DNA from: a virus | Strand: one strand, 5' to 3' | IMG/VR virus record: IMGVR_UViG_3300037845_000036 | Location: 1-64,000 of that record | DNA: 64,000 bases | In this document: positions 27,578 through 36,882 of the stretch, in pieces | Layout: the number at the start of each line of letters is the position of its first letter | Position numbering within the stretch: position 1 is the first letter of the stretch | The notes under the pieces: model-generated | What the model was told of the DNA's origin: nothing | The model's input: only the letters and a program-made list of their open reading frames with translations | Databases searched by the model: none | Made by a program: the position numbers and the translations under genes

Positions 27578-27794
27578 AAATTTGAAAACAGCGCTTTGGG
27601 AAACGCTTCACGGCATCAAGGATGGAAGCCTTCTGCCGGGTCAAGGTGACGCCATCGCCTCTCAGGCGAGAGAGATACTACGCACCGTCAAGATCCAACT
27701 ACAGATCGCTGGACAAACAAAGCGGCGGGTTCCGATGGATGTGGTGGACTTCGCCGAACAGGCGCTGTTGCCCGCGCCGCCGCCCGCAGAATAA
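27492..27794 (+). CDS. Hypothetical phage protein
   Basis: LK..LWETL...AIASQAREIL.TVK.QL. Confidence 0.75.
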   Translation: MKSTKKEAGSTVPQNGNAQPQQVPLLSAENLKTALWETLHGIKDGSLLPGQGDAIASQAREILRTVKIQLQIAGQTKRRVPMDVVDFAEQALLPAPPPAE

Positions 27795-27824
27795 GCCGTT
27801 AACACCACTTAAAGGAAGAGAAAA

Positions 27825-28568
27825 ATGCCCCTAGACAGCACAAAGTGGCAAGAACTTGCGGCTGAATTGGAATCGGTCGAACCGTTCGCTAGTCCCACTC
27901 TGACGCTGCCAAAGAGCGCGGCGGCAAACCCGTCCCCGTTTCCGCGCATTATGTTTTTGCCTCTTTTCGTGGCGTTCGGAGCGCTTGGGTTTATAGGCGG
28001 TCTCATCATTTTTGAGACACCCAGCCCGCCGTCGCCAAATGTCCTGGTCGGCATGCCGGATGCGGATGCGCCATCCATTTCTCCCTCGGTCCCCATTGGT
28101 TTAACCACGACAGCGAGCGGGGTACTGGTAAATACAGGGATTACAATCGGGAGCGGCACTACGGGTACGGTTATATATATGGCTTCTACGGGCGTACCAT
28201 ATGGCGGCATCATTACTGTCGATGGCACTACCATCACAAGTAATAGCGGTAATTTTATGGAACACGCAATACCACCGCACGGCACTGATTATGATGTTAT
28301 GAGTGACAGCTATTATGATATGGACGGGAACTCAGTCGCGGATGGTCACGCCAATGGTGCGCGTTATCACGTCATCAGTGAAGGGTATTACGGCGCTGGC
28401 GGTGCCCTCCTAGAGCGTCGAGTATCAATGCATATCGTCGATCCGCTCTATTGCTCGCCGGGGCACGATCGCCCGATGGTCGCGAGCGGTAATGACCCTG
28501 TGCCGGGGCCTGTGTACCAGCAAATGCAGGGCAACGCACAATTCGCGTCTGTCGAGCCTAGCTTTTAA
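27825..28568 (+). CDS. Single-TM protein
   Basis: TM segment followed by a Thr/Gly/Ser-rich domain; site-bounded. Confidence 0.75.
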   Translation: MPLDSTKWQELAAELESVEPFASPTLTLPKSAAANPSPFPRIMFLPLFVAFGALGFIGGLIIFETPSPPSPNVLVGMPDADAPSISPSVPIGLTTTASGVLVNTGITIGSGTTGTVIYMASTGVPYGGIITVDGTTITSNSGNFMEHAIPPHGTDYDVMSDSYYDMDGNSVADGHANGARYHVISEGYYGAGGALLERRVSMHIVDPLYCSPGHDRPMVASGNDPVPGPVYQQMQGNAQFASVEPSF

Positions 28569-29135
28569 CTTCTCTTAAAGTAAAGGTTTGATGCCAACGT
28601 TTGCCGCAGACGATTACGACGCCATTCGGGCACGGATGCATGAGTTGCGTGCAGCACCCATATCAAATATGGCGGCGCCCGCATCGGGACAGCGGTGCAG
28701 TCAGAACTATGATGGGAAAACGTGTGGGTTTGGCTGCGTTTTAGCACTCACGACTGGCATAATGTGCCGCAACTTCGGTAGCAAAATCTTGGCCCCCGAC
28801 TAATGGAAAAGCCGAAAGACCAACAACTCAAAAGTATCGATCATTCCGTCCGCGCATACGATAGCGCACGGCTGACGTGGCGACGCGAGCAGACTGAGTA
28901 CGGTTGGGGATTCTGGTATCTGATCCGTATAGATCCGCCGGCCGATGCCTAAGCCGAAACCGATAGAACAATTGTTCACTGAGTGCGGGATTTGTGGCGC
29001 TTCCGTTCATGTCAACGGTTTGTCCCAACATCTACGAGCGCACGGAGTGGCGAAGGACAGCGATGATGCAACCGTGGCGCACGCTCACCGTGTATGGAAG
29101 CGCATCATAGAGCATCAGAAGAAGGCAAAACTGAT

Positions 29136-29342
29136 ATGAGCGACGATCGCTACGACGTGTTAGGCGTGAATCTCCGCTCAAAGACGGTGCGGATCATATC
29201 GCGGGATCTGAGTGCGCCGAATGCCGATGCCCTTGTGAAGCTCGCAGTCATGCGCCGGGGCATCGAAGACGAGTTCTTTGTGGAATAGCCAGTTGGCCAG
29301 TACCGCGACGGCGACATATTCGGAACCGTTAATCAACCTTAA
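29136..29342 (+). pseudogene. Small protein with internal TAG
   Basis: MSDDRYDV...EFFVE*PVGQYRDGDIFGTVNQP*; the frame continues exactly to the TAA of the site. Confidence 0.6.
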
Positions 29343-29353
29343 AGGAGAGGGAA

Positions 29354-29764
29354 TTGTCACGCTCTGGTTACACCGATGACTTAGGCAGCGAATGGGCGCT
29401 GATTTGCTGGCGCGGGGCAGTTGCTAGCGCCATCCGAGGAAAGAGAGGCCAAGCCTTCCTACGGGAGATGCTAGACGCGCTCGATGCGCTAGAGGCAAAG
29501 CGTCTTATTGCAAACGATTTGGTTCGTGAGGGCGAACTGCTCAGCGATGGTGTCTGCGCTATTGGTGCGATCGGCATGGCCCGTGGAATCGAAATGTCTG
29601 AGATTGATCCCGAGGATCGAGACACAATCGCCGGCACCTTTGACGTAGCTCCCGCTCTAGCCGCAGAAATTATGTATGAGAACGACGAGGGTTCTTGGCA
29701 AGAAACGCCAGAGCAGCGGTTTGCGCGAATGCGGGCATGGGTTGACAAGCAGATACGCCGTTAA
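29354..29764 (+). CDS. Conserved phage hypothetical protein
   Basis: MSRSGY.DD...WRGAVASAIRGKRGQAFLRE...EI.YENDE...TPEQR..RMR.WV. Confidence 0.85.
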   Translation: MSRSGYTDDLGSEWALICWRGAVASAIRGKRGQAFLREMLDALDALEAKRLIANDLVREGELLSDGVCAIGAIGMARGIEMSEIDPEDRDTIAGTFDVAPALAAEIMYENDEGSWQETPEQRFARMRAWVDKQIRR

Positions 29765-29787
29765 CAACAATTAAAGGAACCATCCAA

Positions 29788-29991
29788 ATGGATATCCGGC
29801 ATATCGAAGAGCGTCACATGATCGAATATCGTGGGCAAAGTGTCTCTATTGGGGTGACTGATACTGGCGAGTGGGTTGCGGTACGCTCTGTGACCCCGGC
29901 ATTTTTGATGATGGGCGACACCCCAGAGGAAGCGGAAGAAAAGGCACGACATGCCCTCGACTTTTGGGCCGTTGAACGATTTCCCCGTTAA
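29788..29991 (+). CDS. Small HicB-N-like protein (tentative)
   Basis: W.A.....P.....GDTPEEA...A..AL; site-bounded. Confidence 0.55.
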   Translation: MDIRHIEERHMIEYRGQSVSIGVTDTGEWVAVRSVTPAFLMMGDTPEEAEEKARHALDFWAVERFPR

Positions 29992-30017
29992 GGACTATTA
30001 AAGGAAGGAGAAGGCTA

Positions 30018-30344
30018 ATGCCTTTTGATGGAACAGAGACTCCGGCGTTGCGGCGCGCTCGTTTGATTGAAGTGCTCCGTTCGCCGATGCCAAACACTTG
30101 GAAATGGGATTTCGGCGTGACGGAGGAAGAACATGAATGCGGCACCGCTGGGTGCGCGTTGGGCCTCGCCCGGCAGTTGTGGCCAGAGATGAATGATTTT
30201 CACGCGATAAGAGATCGCGAGGCCGCATTCTTTGGGATAACAAAAGACCAAGCCTTCAGTGTCTTTTTCGGTCCATATCGCGGATGTTTTGCAAGCGTAA
30301 CACCTGAGATGGTGGCCGATCGGCTTGAAGCAATTGACCGTTAA
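30018..30344 (+). CDS. Hypothetical protein (related to 23645-23965)
   Basis: MPFDGT...LIEVLR...CGTAGCALG...TPEMVADRLEAID. Confidence 0.8.
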   Translation: MPFDGTETPALRRARLIEVLRSPMPNTWKWDFGVTEEEHECGTAGCALGLARQLWPEMNDFHAIRDREAAFFGITKDQAFSVFFGPYRGCFASVTPEMVADRLEAIDR

Positions 30345-30359
30345 CTGGCCTTAACGTCA

Positions 30360-30569
30360 ATGACCGAGTGCTGCGAGTTGATGCGCCTAGAATTGGCCCG
30401 TGTTTGTGATATCCATGAATCCGATCCTTGGGGATGTGCAGACCGAGTTATCGTGAAACTGCGCAATAACGAATATGGGTTAATTATTCACGATGGCGGA
30501 AGTGCGTTCTACGGAATCAAATTCTGTCCGTTCTGCGGCACACGACTTGGAAACGAAGAACGGCAATGA
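30360..30569 (+). CDS. DUF6980-like Cys-rich protein
   Basis: CCE.M...CD.H...C.D...EYGLIIHDGGS...I.FCPFCG. Confidence 0.8.
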   Translation: MTECCELMRLELARVCDIHESDPWGCADRVIVKLRNNEYGLIIHDGGSAFYGIKFCPFCGTRLGNEERQ

Positions 30570-30863
30570 CCCAAAGCGACGACATCGATTTCTCACTATT
30601 CAGCTTTGGCGCTCTCAGAAAATCAGACCGCGAGAGGTGTGGTGTGTACTTGGTCATCAAATCACGATGGCGTCCAAGCCGTCATGGAAAGAAGTAGCCG
30701 TTGCGATAGAGCGGTGGGCCGCGCGCCAATACGATGGTTCCTGAAGTGGCGGGTAGGTTAATGATACGAGCGGCAGGATACTTGAATCTAACCAGCGCGC
30801 TATTGACTGTTGGTTTTGTACGTTTATGTGATCGGGTTTGTCTTCGGCATGTGGCGGGTGATA

Positions 30864-31049
30864 ATGCGCTGAGAGGAATGCCACGGTATTGGATATGTCC
30901 TTGAACCAAAGCGCGACTATCCATATGAGCAGATGAAGAAGGTCCGCCGCCCATGCCGCACCTGTGACGGATCGGGCGTTATGTCTTGCTGTGATGGTGC
31001 GGTGGGGGTGTCGGTTGACGTGACGAATCAAGAGGGCGGGAATGACTGA
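30864..31049 (+). pseudogene. DnaJ-type CxxCxGxG zinc-finger gene with TGA at the first Cys position
   Basis: MR*EECHGIG...PCRTCDGSGVMSCCDG. Confidence 0.65.
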
Positions 31050-31344
31050 CGCTGCTAAGATTGTTGACGATATCATCCGAGGATGGGCCGGTTTAACCGG
31101 GGCGGAGGATGAAATCGTGATGCAAGAAAGCATCGCCAGGGAGAAATTTACTCGTGCAATTGAAGAAGCAGAGGCGCGCGGGCGAGCGGTGGGGAAGGAG
31201 GTTATTGAGGCGGCTCAAGGGGTCGTAGCCGCCCACGCCGCGATGCAACAGCGTGGCGGTTCAGTTGTCCCTATAGAATTACATGAGGCCACCGCGGAAT
31301 TGCAAGAAACTCTTGATTCCTTCTCAACTCTTAACGTGAATTAA
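31042..31344 (+). CDS. Hypothetical protein
   Basis: Ends in site 31331, convergent with 31331-31555. Confidence 0.7.
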   Translation: MTDAAKIVDDIIRGWAGLTGAEDEIVMQESIAREKFTRAIEEAEARGRAVGKEVIEAAQGVVAAHAAMQQRGGSVVPIELHEATAELQETLDSFSTLNVN

Positions 31345-31579
31345 AGGCGATTACCGCAGACACGCCAATTACGATCAGCATAAGGAAAGCACCGAACACC
31401 ATCGAAAGCACATAATCGCTGCGAGATGGTGCCGGGGCTTCCCAATCTTCTCTGTTGCCATCGAACACGGTTATCGGCCCCAATCTCGGAAAACAATCCA
31501 TACAGTCAGCACAAACAGCGGCAGCAACGGCACAGTGTAGAACAACTGATACCACTTTGGCCGGTGCAATCTATTCAAT

Positions 31580-32014
31580 CTATCCGCCATTCCCGCTCAA
31601 TTGTCCTGTACTTGGTGGGGGCCAGTAATCTGGGGGATTAGGAGGCATCCAATTCGGCTCGTCCCCTTCAAGAAAGGCAGCGGCGGTGCGCATTCTGCGC
31701 GGGTCATCGCCAAATAATCCCATCCCGACATTACACGCACGACAGACTAAGCCTCGTACCCGACCGTCTGCATGATCGTGGTCCACATCGACCGCCGCTC
31801 GCACACGACATAACGCACACAAACCATTCTGCGCTTCGAAAAGCGCCCGATATTGATCGTGATCAATACCATAGCGATGGCGCAATCGAGTTGCGCGGAA
31901 AGCTTTGGGATCGCGTGCGCGACGCGCTCGCTCCGCTGCGTTAACTTTCTCTCGGTTCAGCCGGTTGTATCGCCGTTTTTGCGCCTTCCGCGCAACCTCA
32001 TCCTTGTAGGGCAT
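31580..32014 (-). CDS. Endonuclease VII-family HNH nuclease
   Basis: YGI...Y..L...QNG.CALC...VDHDH..G.VRGL.C..CN.G.G.F.DD. Confidence 0.92.
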   Translation of the reverse strand: MPYKDEVARKAQKRRYNRLNREKVNAAERARRARDPKAFRATRLRHRYGIDHDQYRALFEAQNGLCALCRVRAAVDVDHDHADGRVRGLVCRACNVGMGLFGDDPRRMRTAAAFLEGDEPNWMPPNPPDYWPPPSTGQLSGNGG

Positions 32015-32015
32015 C

Positions 32016-32273
32016 TTAGCCCCCGCCCCCACCTAGCTGTCCTGTACTCGGTGGATTAAAATGCCACCAAAAATGAACTGCAAGGCCGCCGGCAAGAACA
32101 CCGCAAATCCAGATGATCGGCGGCCAAGCCTCGGAGATATGCCATGTCCACATCGACAGAGTGAGGCCGTTATGGGTCAATGCGATTGTCTCGAATACTG
32201 CAAACGAAATGATCCACGAGGCCAGTATCACTGGCCAGATGTAGACGAGATGAGCAACGATCCAAGCCATCAT
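32016..32273 (-). CDS. Small multi-TM protein (holin-like)
   Basis: Trp-rich TM segments, located in the lysis region. Confidence 0.65.
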   Translation of the reverse strand: MMAWIVAHLVYIWPVILASWIISFAVFETIALTHNGLTLSMWTWHISEAWPPIIWICGVLAGGLAVHFWWHFNPPSTGQLGGGGG

Positions 32274-32311
32274 GCTCCGTTCCTTTATGACCATTAATGG
32301 CTGCGATAGCC

Positions 32312-32812
32312 TTACATCCCCACCGGAGCCGCCGCCAACGCTAGCACGCTCGGCAATGCCGTGATAATGCCAGAGGTGGAATTGATGGCTTGATTGGTTT
32401 GATGCACCTTGGCGATGCAAGCCGTTTCTAAAGTTTCGGTAGCCCAATTAAATTGGGGGGAACCGGGCTGGTAGAGAGTTGCGATCTCTGCGGCAGTGAA
32501 AGTGCCAACCTGTTTCCCCGCTGTTACTGCCTCAACTTGCTGGATCGCGGCCGCGACTGAAAGCGCTCCCGTGCCAGTAGTGGGATCGGTTGGATTTGTC
32601 GGCATGGTACCGGCGCATGCAGCGCCAGCCGTATCGGGCGGTGTAGCGGCTAGGGCGACCGCATGCTGTTGCTGAAGGTCTGTGATCAGCGTGTTGCCAA
32701 GCTGGGTCAAAACTATATTGATCTTGGCTGAGTCCGCCGCGCTAATGAGACCGCCAACGCATCCCGCAAGCAAAAGACCGATCGCCGAAGTCGCGATAAT
32801 AGTTTTGCGCAT
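32312..32812 (-). CDS. Lipoprotein
   Basis: Lipobox LLLAG-C. Confidence 0.8.
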   Translation of the reverse strand: MRKTIIATSAIGLLLAGCVGGLISAADSAKINIVLTQLGNTLITDLQQQHAVALAATPPDTAGAACAGTMPTNPTDPTTGTGALSVAAAIQQVEAVTAGKQVGTFTAAEIATLYQPGSPQFNWATETLETACIAKVHQTNQAINSTSGIITALPSVLALAAAPVGM

Positions 32813-33307
32813 TAGTCAGTCCCTCCATGTATTTTGGATGATAAGATCTTGATGGCATGCTGCCCAAGCGTCATCGATTTTGTCTCGCCCGTCTGGTCCT
32901 TGTATGAGACTTCGCCGGTCACATCATCAGCCATAACCAACTCGCCTACATTGGCATTCATGAAATTGTCCAATCTCACTGCGTTATAGAATTTCGCCAC
33001 ATCGCCATCTACACGCATCAGTGTAAACTCCGCATCACTTCACTCAGTATCCAGAATATAACGGTTGCTCCGCCCATAGCCAAATATTGTGTTCTTTCCA
33101 AACGCGCAAAGCGATTGATATTTTCTGAGTGGCGCCCTTCGCTAATCGTCTCATGCTGATCTAATTTTCGATCTAGCCCATCATTCACCTTTTCCTGAAC
33201 GCGAACATGATCCTCAAGCCTGCGCCCGAGTTCAGCGGTGCTGATGTCATCGTGCCGGCGACCGCGATCCTCACCACCTTCTCTTCTCCACCACCCCATT
33301 GTGGCCC

Positions 33308-33991
33308 CTACGGAGTAAACTTTGGCGCACGGTGCCGAGCGCTGTATCGAGTCGCCCGATATGAAAGAGGACCGCCTAAGTACATCGCCGTCACCTGAGT
33401 CCATGCGCCGCCTTCGTACAGGCTTTGATAGCCACCGGGTAACAACGTCGGACAGGGACCAGCAAGCTTCTTCTGATAATCCCATGGACCGGGGCCGACA
33501 GAGAAATACGCCGGCAGTACAAAATCAGATATCTTGATCCCGTTCACGTCGATCGCCAGCGCATCGTCTTCAACTGGGTCTGCCAACTCAGCTAACGCTA
33601 CGCGACCGTCTCCCAGAGTGACAGTCTTGTTGATCGTTGGATTTCCGCGAAGCTCGAATGATTCGTGGCTAACATCGACGGTCCACGAAATCCCGTAACG
33701 TATACAGTCTCCAACGAAACACCGACCGAAAATCACTCCAGACTGATCGTCATGAAACCCGCCGACAGATGGATCGGCGCTACTGTTGTTAAGAAAAATT
33801 GGCCACCGTGGGTCGCCTGCCGCCGGCATTTGCCCGAATGGCATAAACGAATAGGTGCAGGGATCAAATCCCCACGCTGGGCGCAATAGCGCATCGTCAG
33901 CGACTTGGAGTGCTGCCACAACGGTTGCGGCCTCCGCGTCGCGGAGCACCTTGCTTGCGTTGACGATTACGATAGCCGTCATCACCTTCAT
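33308..33991 (-). CDS. Putative zincin-like protein
   Basis: GFHD...SHESFE...ELADPVE...SDFVLP.YF. Confidence 0.6.
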   Translation of the reverse strand: MKVMTAIVIVNASKVLRDAEAATVVAALQVADDALLRPAWGFDPCTYSFMPFGQMPAAGDPRWPIFLNNSSADPSVGGFHDDQSGVIFGRCFVGDCIRYGISWTVDVSHESFELRGNPTINKTVTLGDGRVALAELADPVEDDALAIDVNGIKISDFVLPAYFSVGPGPWDYQKKLAGPCPTLLPGGYQSLYEGGAWTQVTAMYLGGPLSYRATRYSARHRAPKFTP

Positions 33992-34143
33992 CCACGAAAC
34001 AAGAGAACTATCAAAACTATCAGGAGGATGAGGCCAATCCCGCCGCCGCCATAGCCATAGTGCGCTGGGAAATAACCGCCATATGCCCCTCCAAACCCGC
34101 CACAGACGAGGAGCAGAACAACGATTAAGAGAAGTAAACCCAT
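33988..34143 (-). CDS. DUF3309-like small membrane protein
   Basis: MGLLLLIVVLLLVCGG...YGYGGGGIGLILLIVLIVLLFRG. Not in the ORF track. Confidence 0.8.
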   Translation of the reverse strand: MGLLLLIVVLLLVCGGFGGAYGGYFPAHYGYGGGGIGLILLIVLIVLLFRG

Positions 34144-34154
34144 GATATCACCCG

Positions 34155-34324
34155 CTACAAATGAATGGGAAACACTACGAGACCAATGATCATTGTCAGG
34201 ATGACTAGCAGGATATCGCCTCCCGCATTAACCCACACGGCCCCGTAAATGGATAATTGCGACGGACACCGAAGAAGGCCCAGATAATCCAGCAAACCCA
34301 ATAGACGACGGAGATCGGTGTCAT
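34155..34324 (-). pseudogene. Two-TM peptide gene with an apparent 1-bp deletion
   Basis: MTPISVVYWVCWIIWAFFGVRRNYPF continues as YGAVWVNAGGDILLVILTMIIGLVVFPIHL only after a frame change near 34248. Confidence 0.55.
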
Positions 34325-34337
34325 CACGTCTCTCCTT

Positions 34338-34790
34338 TTACGCTGCCGGGGTCACGACAACAGTAGGCGGAAGGGGCGGTGGTACAACAGGTACAGCGGG
34401 CGAAGGGGTAGGCGCAGTAACCTCCACCTTGTGCGCGCCAGGGGGTAATGGCAAAACGCCCGTGGTTTGTTTCTCGTCTGTTGGTGCCGGCACAGTGATG
34501 ATGTTCGGTCCAGAGGCAACTGGCTGAGGCGACGGGACATTCCAAGCTGCGGGTGCCGTAAAGCCGAGTTTACCGGACGCACCTGGGAATAACCAATGCG
34601 CAAGACCCGTGAGGATCGCGCCCATTAGCAGGATTAGCGCCTGTTGATATTGTGGATCAGAAAAGATCTGTACGCCAAATGCCTTATTTAAGGCAAGACT
34701 AATCATCGTAGCGAGGCCGCCAAGCACTTCCGGTGAAGTGAATATGCTTGTCGTGAATGCGACTTGGGCTGGCTTATCAGGCGGGTTCAT
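34338..34790 (-). CDS. Holin-like 2-TM protein with Pro-rich tail
   Basis: Two TM segments; overlaps the lysozyme stop. Confidence 0.65.
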   Translation of the reverse strand: MNPPDKPAQVAFTTSIFTSPEVLGGLATMISLALNKAFGVQIFSDPQYQQALILLMGAILTGLAHWLFPGASGKLGFTAPAAWNVPSPQPVASGPNIITVPAPTDEKQTTGVLPLPPGAHKVEVTAPTPSPAVPVVPPPLPPTVVVTPAA

Positions 34791-35245
34791 GCCATAGCCT
34801 CTAGTAATAGATATAGATCCATCTCTTGTTCCCGACGTTTTGTCAATCCAGCAAGCGCGACAAGTACCCCATCGACATGAGATTTATTCCAAAATAGAAA
34901 TGCATCGGCGGCGCCTTGATATTTACCCGCTCTGTGAAGCCGTAACACAGTAGATCCCCGGAATGCGCCAATGCCAATATTGAAAGTTAGGCTCACCATA
35001 GCAGAAAATTGATTGTCTGTCGTAGATACGTCGCTGGTTACACCATTGACGCCCTCACACGCCGATGAAACATCTGCAGCTAGCAAGGCATCAGCCTGCT
35101 CTTCGGTAATCGTTGTCCCCATCGTGGCAGGAGTGTGGCCCCAACCAATAGTGGGGATCCCTGCCGGATCAAGGTAAGCGTTTAGCTGGAGACTCTCGCC
35201 AGTTTTGATGATAGCGAGACCGGCAGCATTTATTTGTCGCATCAT
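34787..35245 (-). CDS. Endolysin, GH24 lysozyme
   Basis: E-x8-D-x5-T triad (ESLQLNAYLDPAGIPTIGWGHT), NQF.A.VSL.FNIG, GL..RR..E. Confidence 0.95.
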   Translation of the reverse strand: MMRQINAAGLAIIKTGESLQLNAYLDPAGIPTIGWGHTPATMGTTITEEQADALLAADVSSACEGVNGVTSDVSTTDNQFSAMVSLTFNIGIGAFRGSTVLRLHRAGKYQGAADAFLFWNKSHVDGVLVALAGLTKRREQEMDLYLLLEAMA

Positions 35246-35293
35246 CGCGTAAAGCATCGCCGGGGTGCCGAAGCACCCCAGCAAGCCTTCCGA

Positions 35294-35653
35294 TTACGGG
35301 CCAGGCGCGGTAGGCGCAGGCTGTTGCCCGGTAACGGCGTCCGTGCCAACGATGTCATCGATCACGACAACCGCATAGTTGACGGTGATTACGAGTTCGG
35401 TATCGCCGGCACTGTCGGTCACGGGGATCACCATGCCCATCGTGTTGGCGCTAGGCTGCGTCAGCGCGTTGATCGTGAGCAAATTGGCGTTGATGGCAAC
35501 ATTGATCGCCGGACTCGGCGAAGTCGCCGTAAACGTATCGGTGGGCGGAACGGGTACCTGAGTGCTCGTCCCATCCACAACGAGACCGAGGGTCACGGTA
35601 TGAACGTCGGTCGCCAAGAGATTGATGGTAAGGGTCTGCGGTGTGCCTGCCAT
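35294..35653 (-). CDS. Thr-rich beta-sandwich-like protein
   Basis: RBS GAAAGGAAG before MAGTPQ. Confidence 0.7.
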   Translation of the reverse strand: MAGTPQTLTINLLATDVHTVTLGLVVDGTSTQVPVPPTDTFTATSPSPAINVAINANLLTINALTQPSANTMGMVIPVTDSAGDTELVITVNYAVVVIDDIVGTDAVTGQQPAPTAPGP

Positions 35654-35915
35654 GGTGGTCTTCCTTTCAGGGGGGTGGTGGTTGCGTTGTAATAACATCG
35701 CTGACAGCTACGATTTGGAATTTCTGTCTCTCAACGTCCTTGATAATCCGGTCAACCCGCAGAAATAATTTATATAGCATCCAACCAATTTCAATTTCTG
35801 CGTCGGTCGCGTTCTCCCAAGGGTCCGCGATGCCGTGCTCATCGTAAGCTTGGACAGGCGGGTTCATTCTCAATGCATAACACGTTTCTTGTGTTCACGC
35901 TACCTCGGCTTATAC

Positions 35916-36473
35916 CTAGGGTAATTCCGTCCTCCGCGACAATTCTTTCGCCTGCGCGGCATCGCCGATTTCCGCCTCAACGATTTTCATTTGCGCTAGC
36001 CTATCTGCAAGGATTGCCTCAAGTTCGATTATGTGTTTTTCGGTGATGGCTACCGCATCTAACTGCGCTGCTGTCGGTTCATGCCCCATCGCCTTAGCCA
36101 TTTCGATAATGGTATTCAGCCCAACAAGGGTTATCTTGGTTTGGTCTAATTCCCCTTGGCGAGCAGCGGTCATATCGCTATTAACCAATGTATGAATCTG
36201 CTTCAACTGAGAAGCCGTATCTGCGGCATTGGTGCGCGCGACCGCCGCCACTTCATCCGTCTTGGCAATCGTAAGCTGCTGTGAACTATGCAATAATTTA
36301 GCCGCTATCGCAGCCTGTTCTGCCACGGCGTCCGCCTTGGCGGCGATGGCATCCTGCCTAGCAAAGTCTTCTACTCTTTCAGCGCGGCGTGTACGCCCCT
36401 GTAGCATAGTCAACAAAACTGGCGACGCAAAAGCAAGTCCCCCAACGATCAGCACCGCGATACCCTGATCCAT
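35916..36473 (-). CDS. N-terminal TM coiled-coil protein (lysis region)
   Basis: TM segment followed by an Ala-rich coil; IHTLVNS motif. Confidence 0.75.
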   Translation of the reverse strand: MDQGIAVLIVGGLAFASPVLLTMLQGRTRRAERVEDFARQDAIAAKADAVAEQAAIAAKLLHSSQQLTIAKTDEVAAVARTNAADTASQLKQIHTLVNSDMTAARQGELDQTKITLVGLNTIIEMAKAMGHEPTAAQLDAVAITEKHIIELEAILADRLAQMKIVEAEIGDAAQAKELSRRTELP

Positions 36474-36882
36474 GCACTAAACCTTGACCATGCAATTCAG
36501 CACTATCGCTAACCCTATCGCTAAGAGGATAGCAGTCACAACTTCACTTCGCGTCACAATCCTGTTCCATCCGCGTGACGACATTGAGTTGCGGACGAAG
36601 CGCCCGCGCTGGTCACGATCGGCATCAGTTTTCATGATTGACAGATTTGTAGAGCATCGCCTATATTCCCTGCCACCTACGGGACGTTGGCTGTGGTGGC
36701 CATCGAAGCGGGTCTAACCAGCCCGGTAGTTCTCGCGAAACCGGATGCATACGGTCTAGCATCAGAGAATCGTCCCCATATTCGGCACTACGGGTGAGCG
36801 GACGCCTAGCGACCAATCGCCCATTCCGGGGGCAGCCAACAACCGTTGGAGCGGTGGGCTGCCTTCCGTGTTTTTGCGCATG

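Larger units (their letters stand above)
25693..31347. repeat. Array of 12 junction sites (rightward genes)
   Basis: First TTAA at 25696, 26152, 26486, 26616 (N5 variant), 27030, 27799, 28565, 29329, 29761, 29988, 30341, 31331. Confidence 0.95.

Noticed and set aside
19423-31049. Stop-codon reassignment
   Set aside because: The lesions involve both TAG and TGA, many intact genes end in TAG/TGA, long genes have no internal stops, and no suppressor tRNA was seen.
5597-31347. CRISPR array or classical integron attC array
   Set aside because: Units are whole genes, repeats are only 20 bp with variable centres, and there are no cas genes. No long attC hairpins, and the recombinase looks Cre-like rather than IntI-like.
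5597-31347. Sites as intrinsic terminators
   Set aside because: The stems would be weak, AT-rich and often mismatched, with no U-tract, and they lie inside apparent operons.
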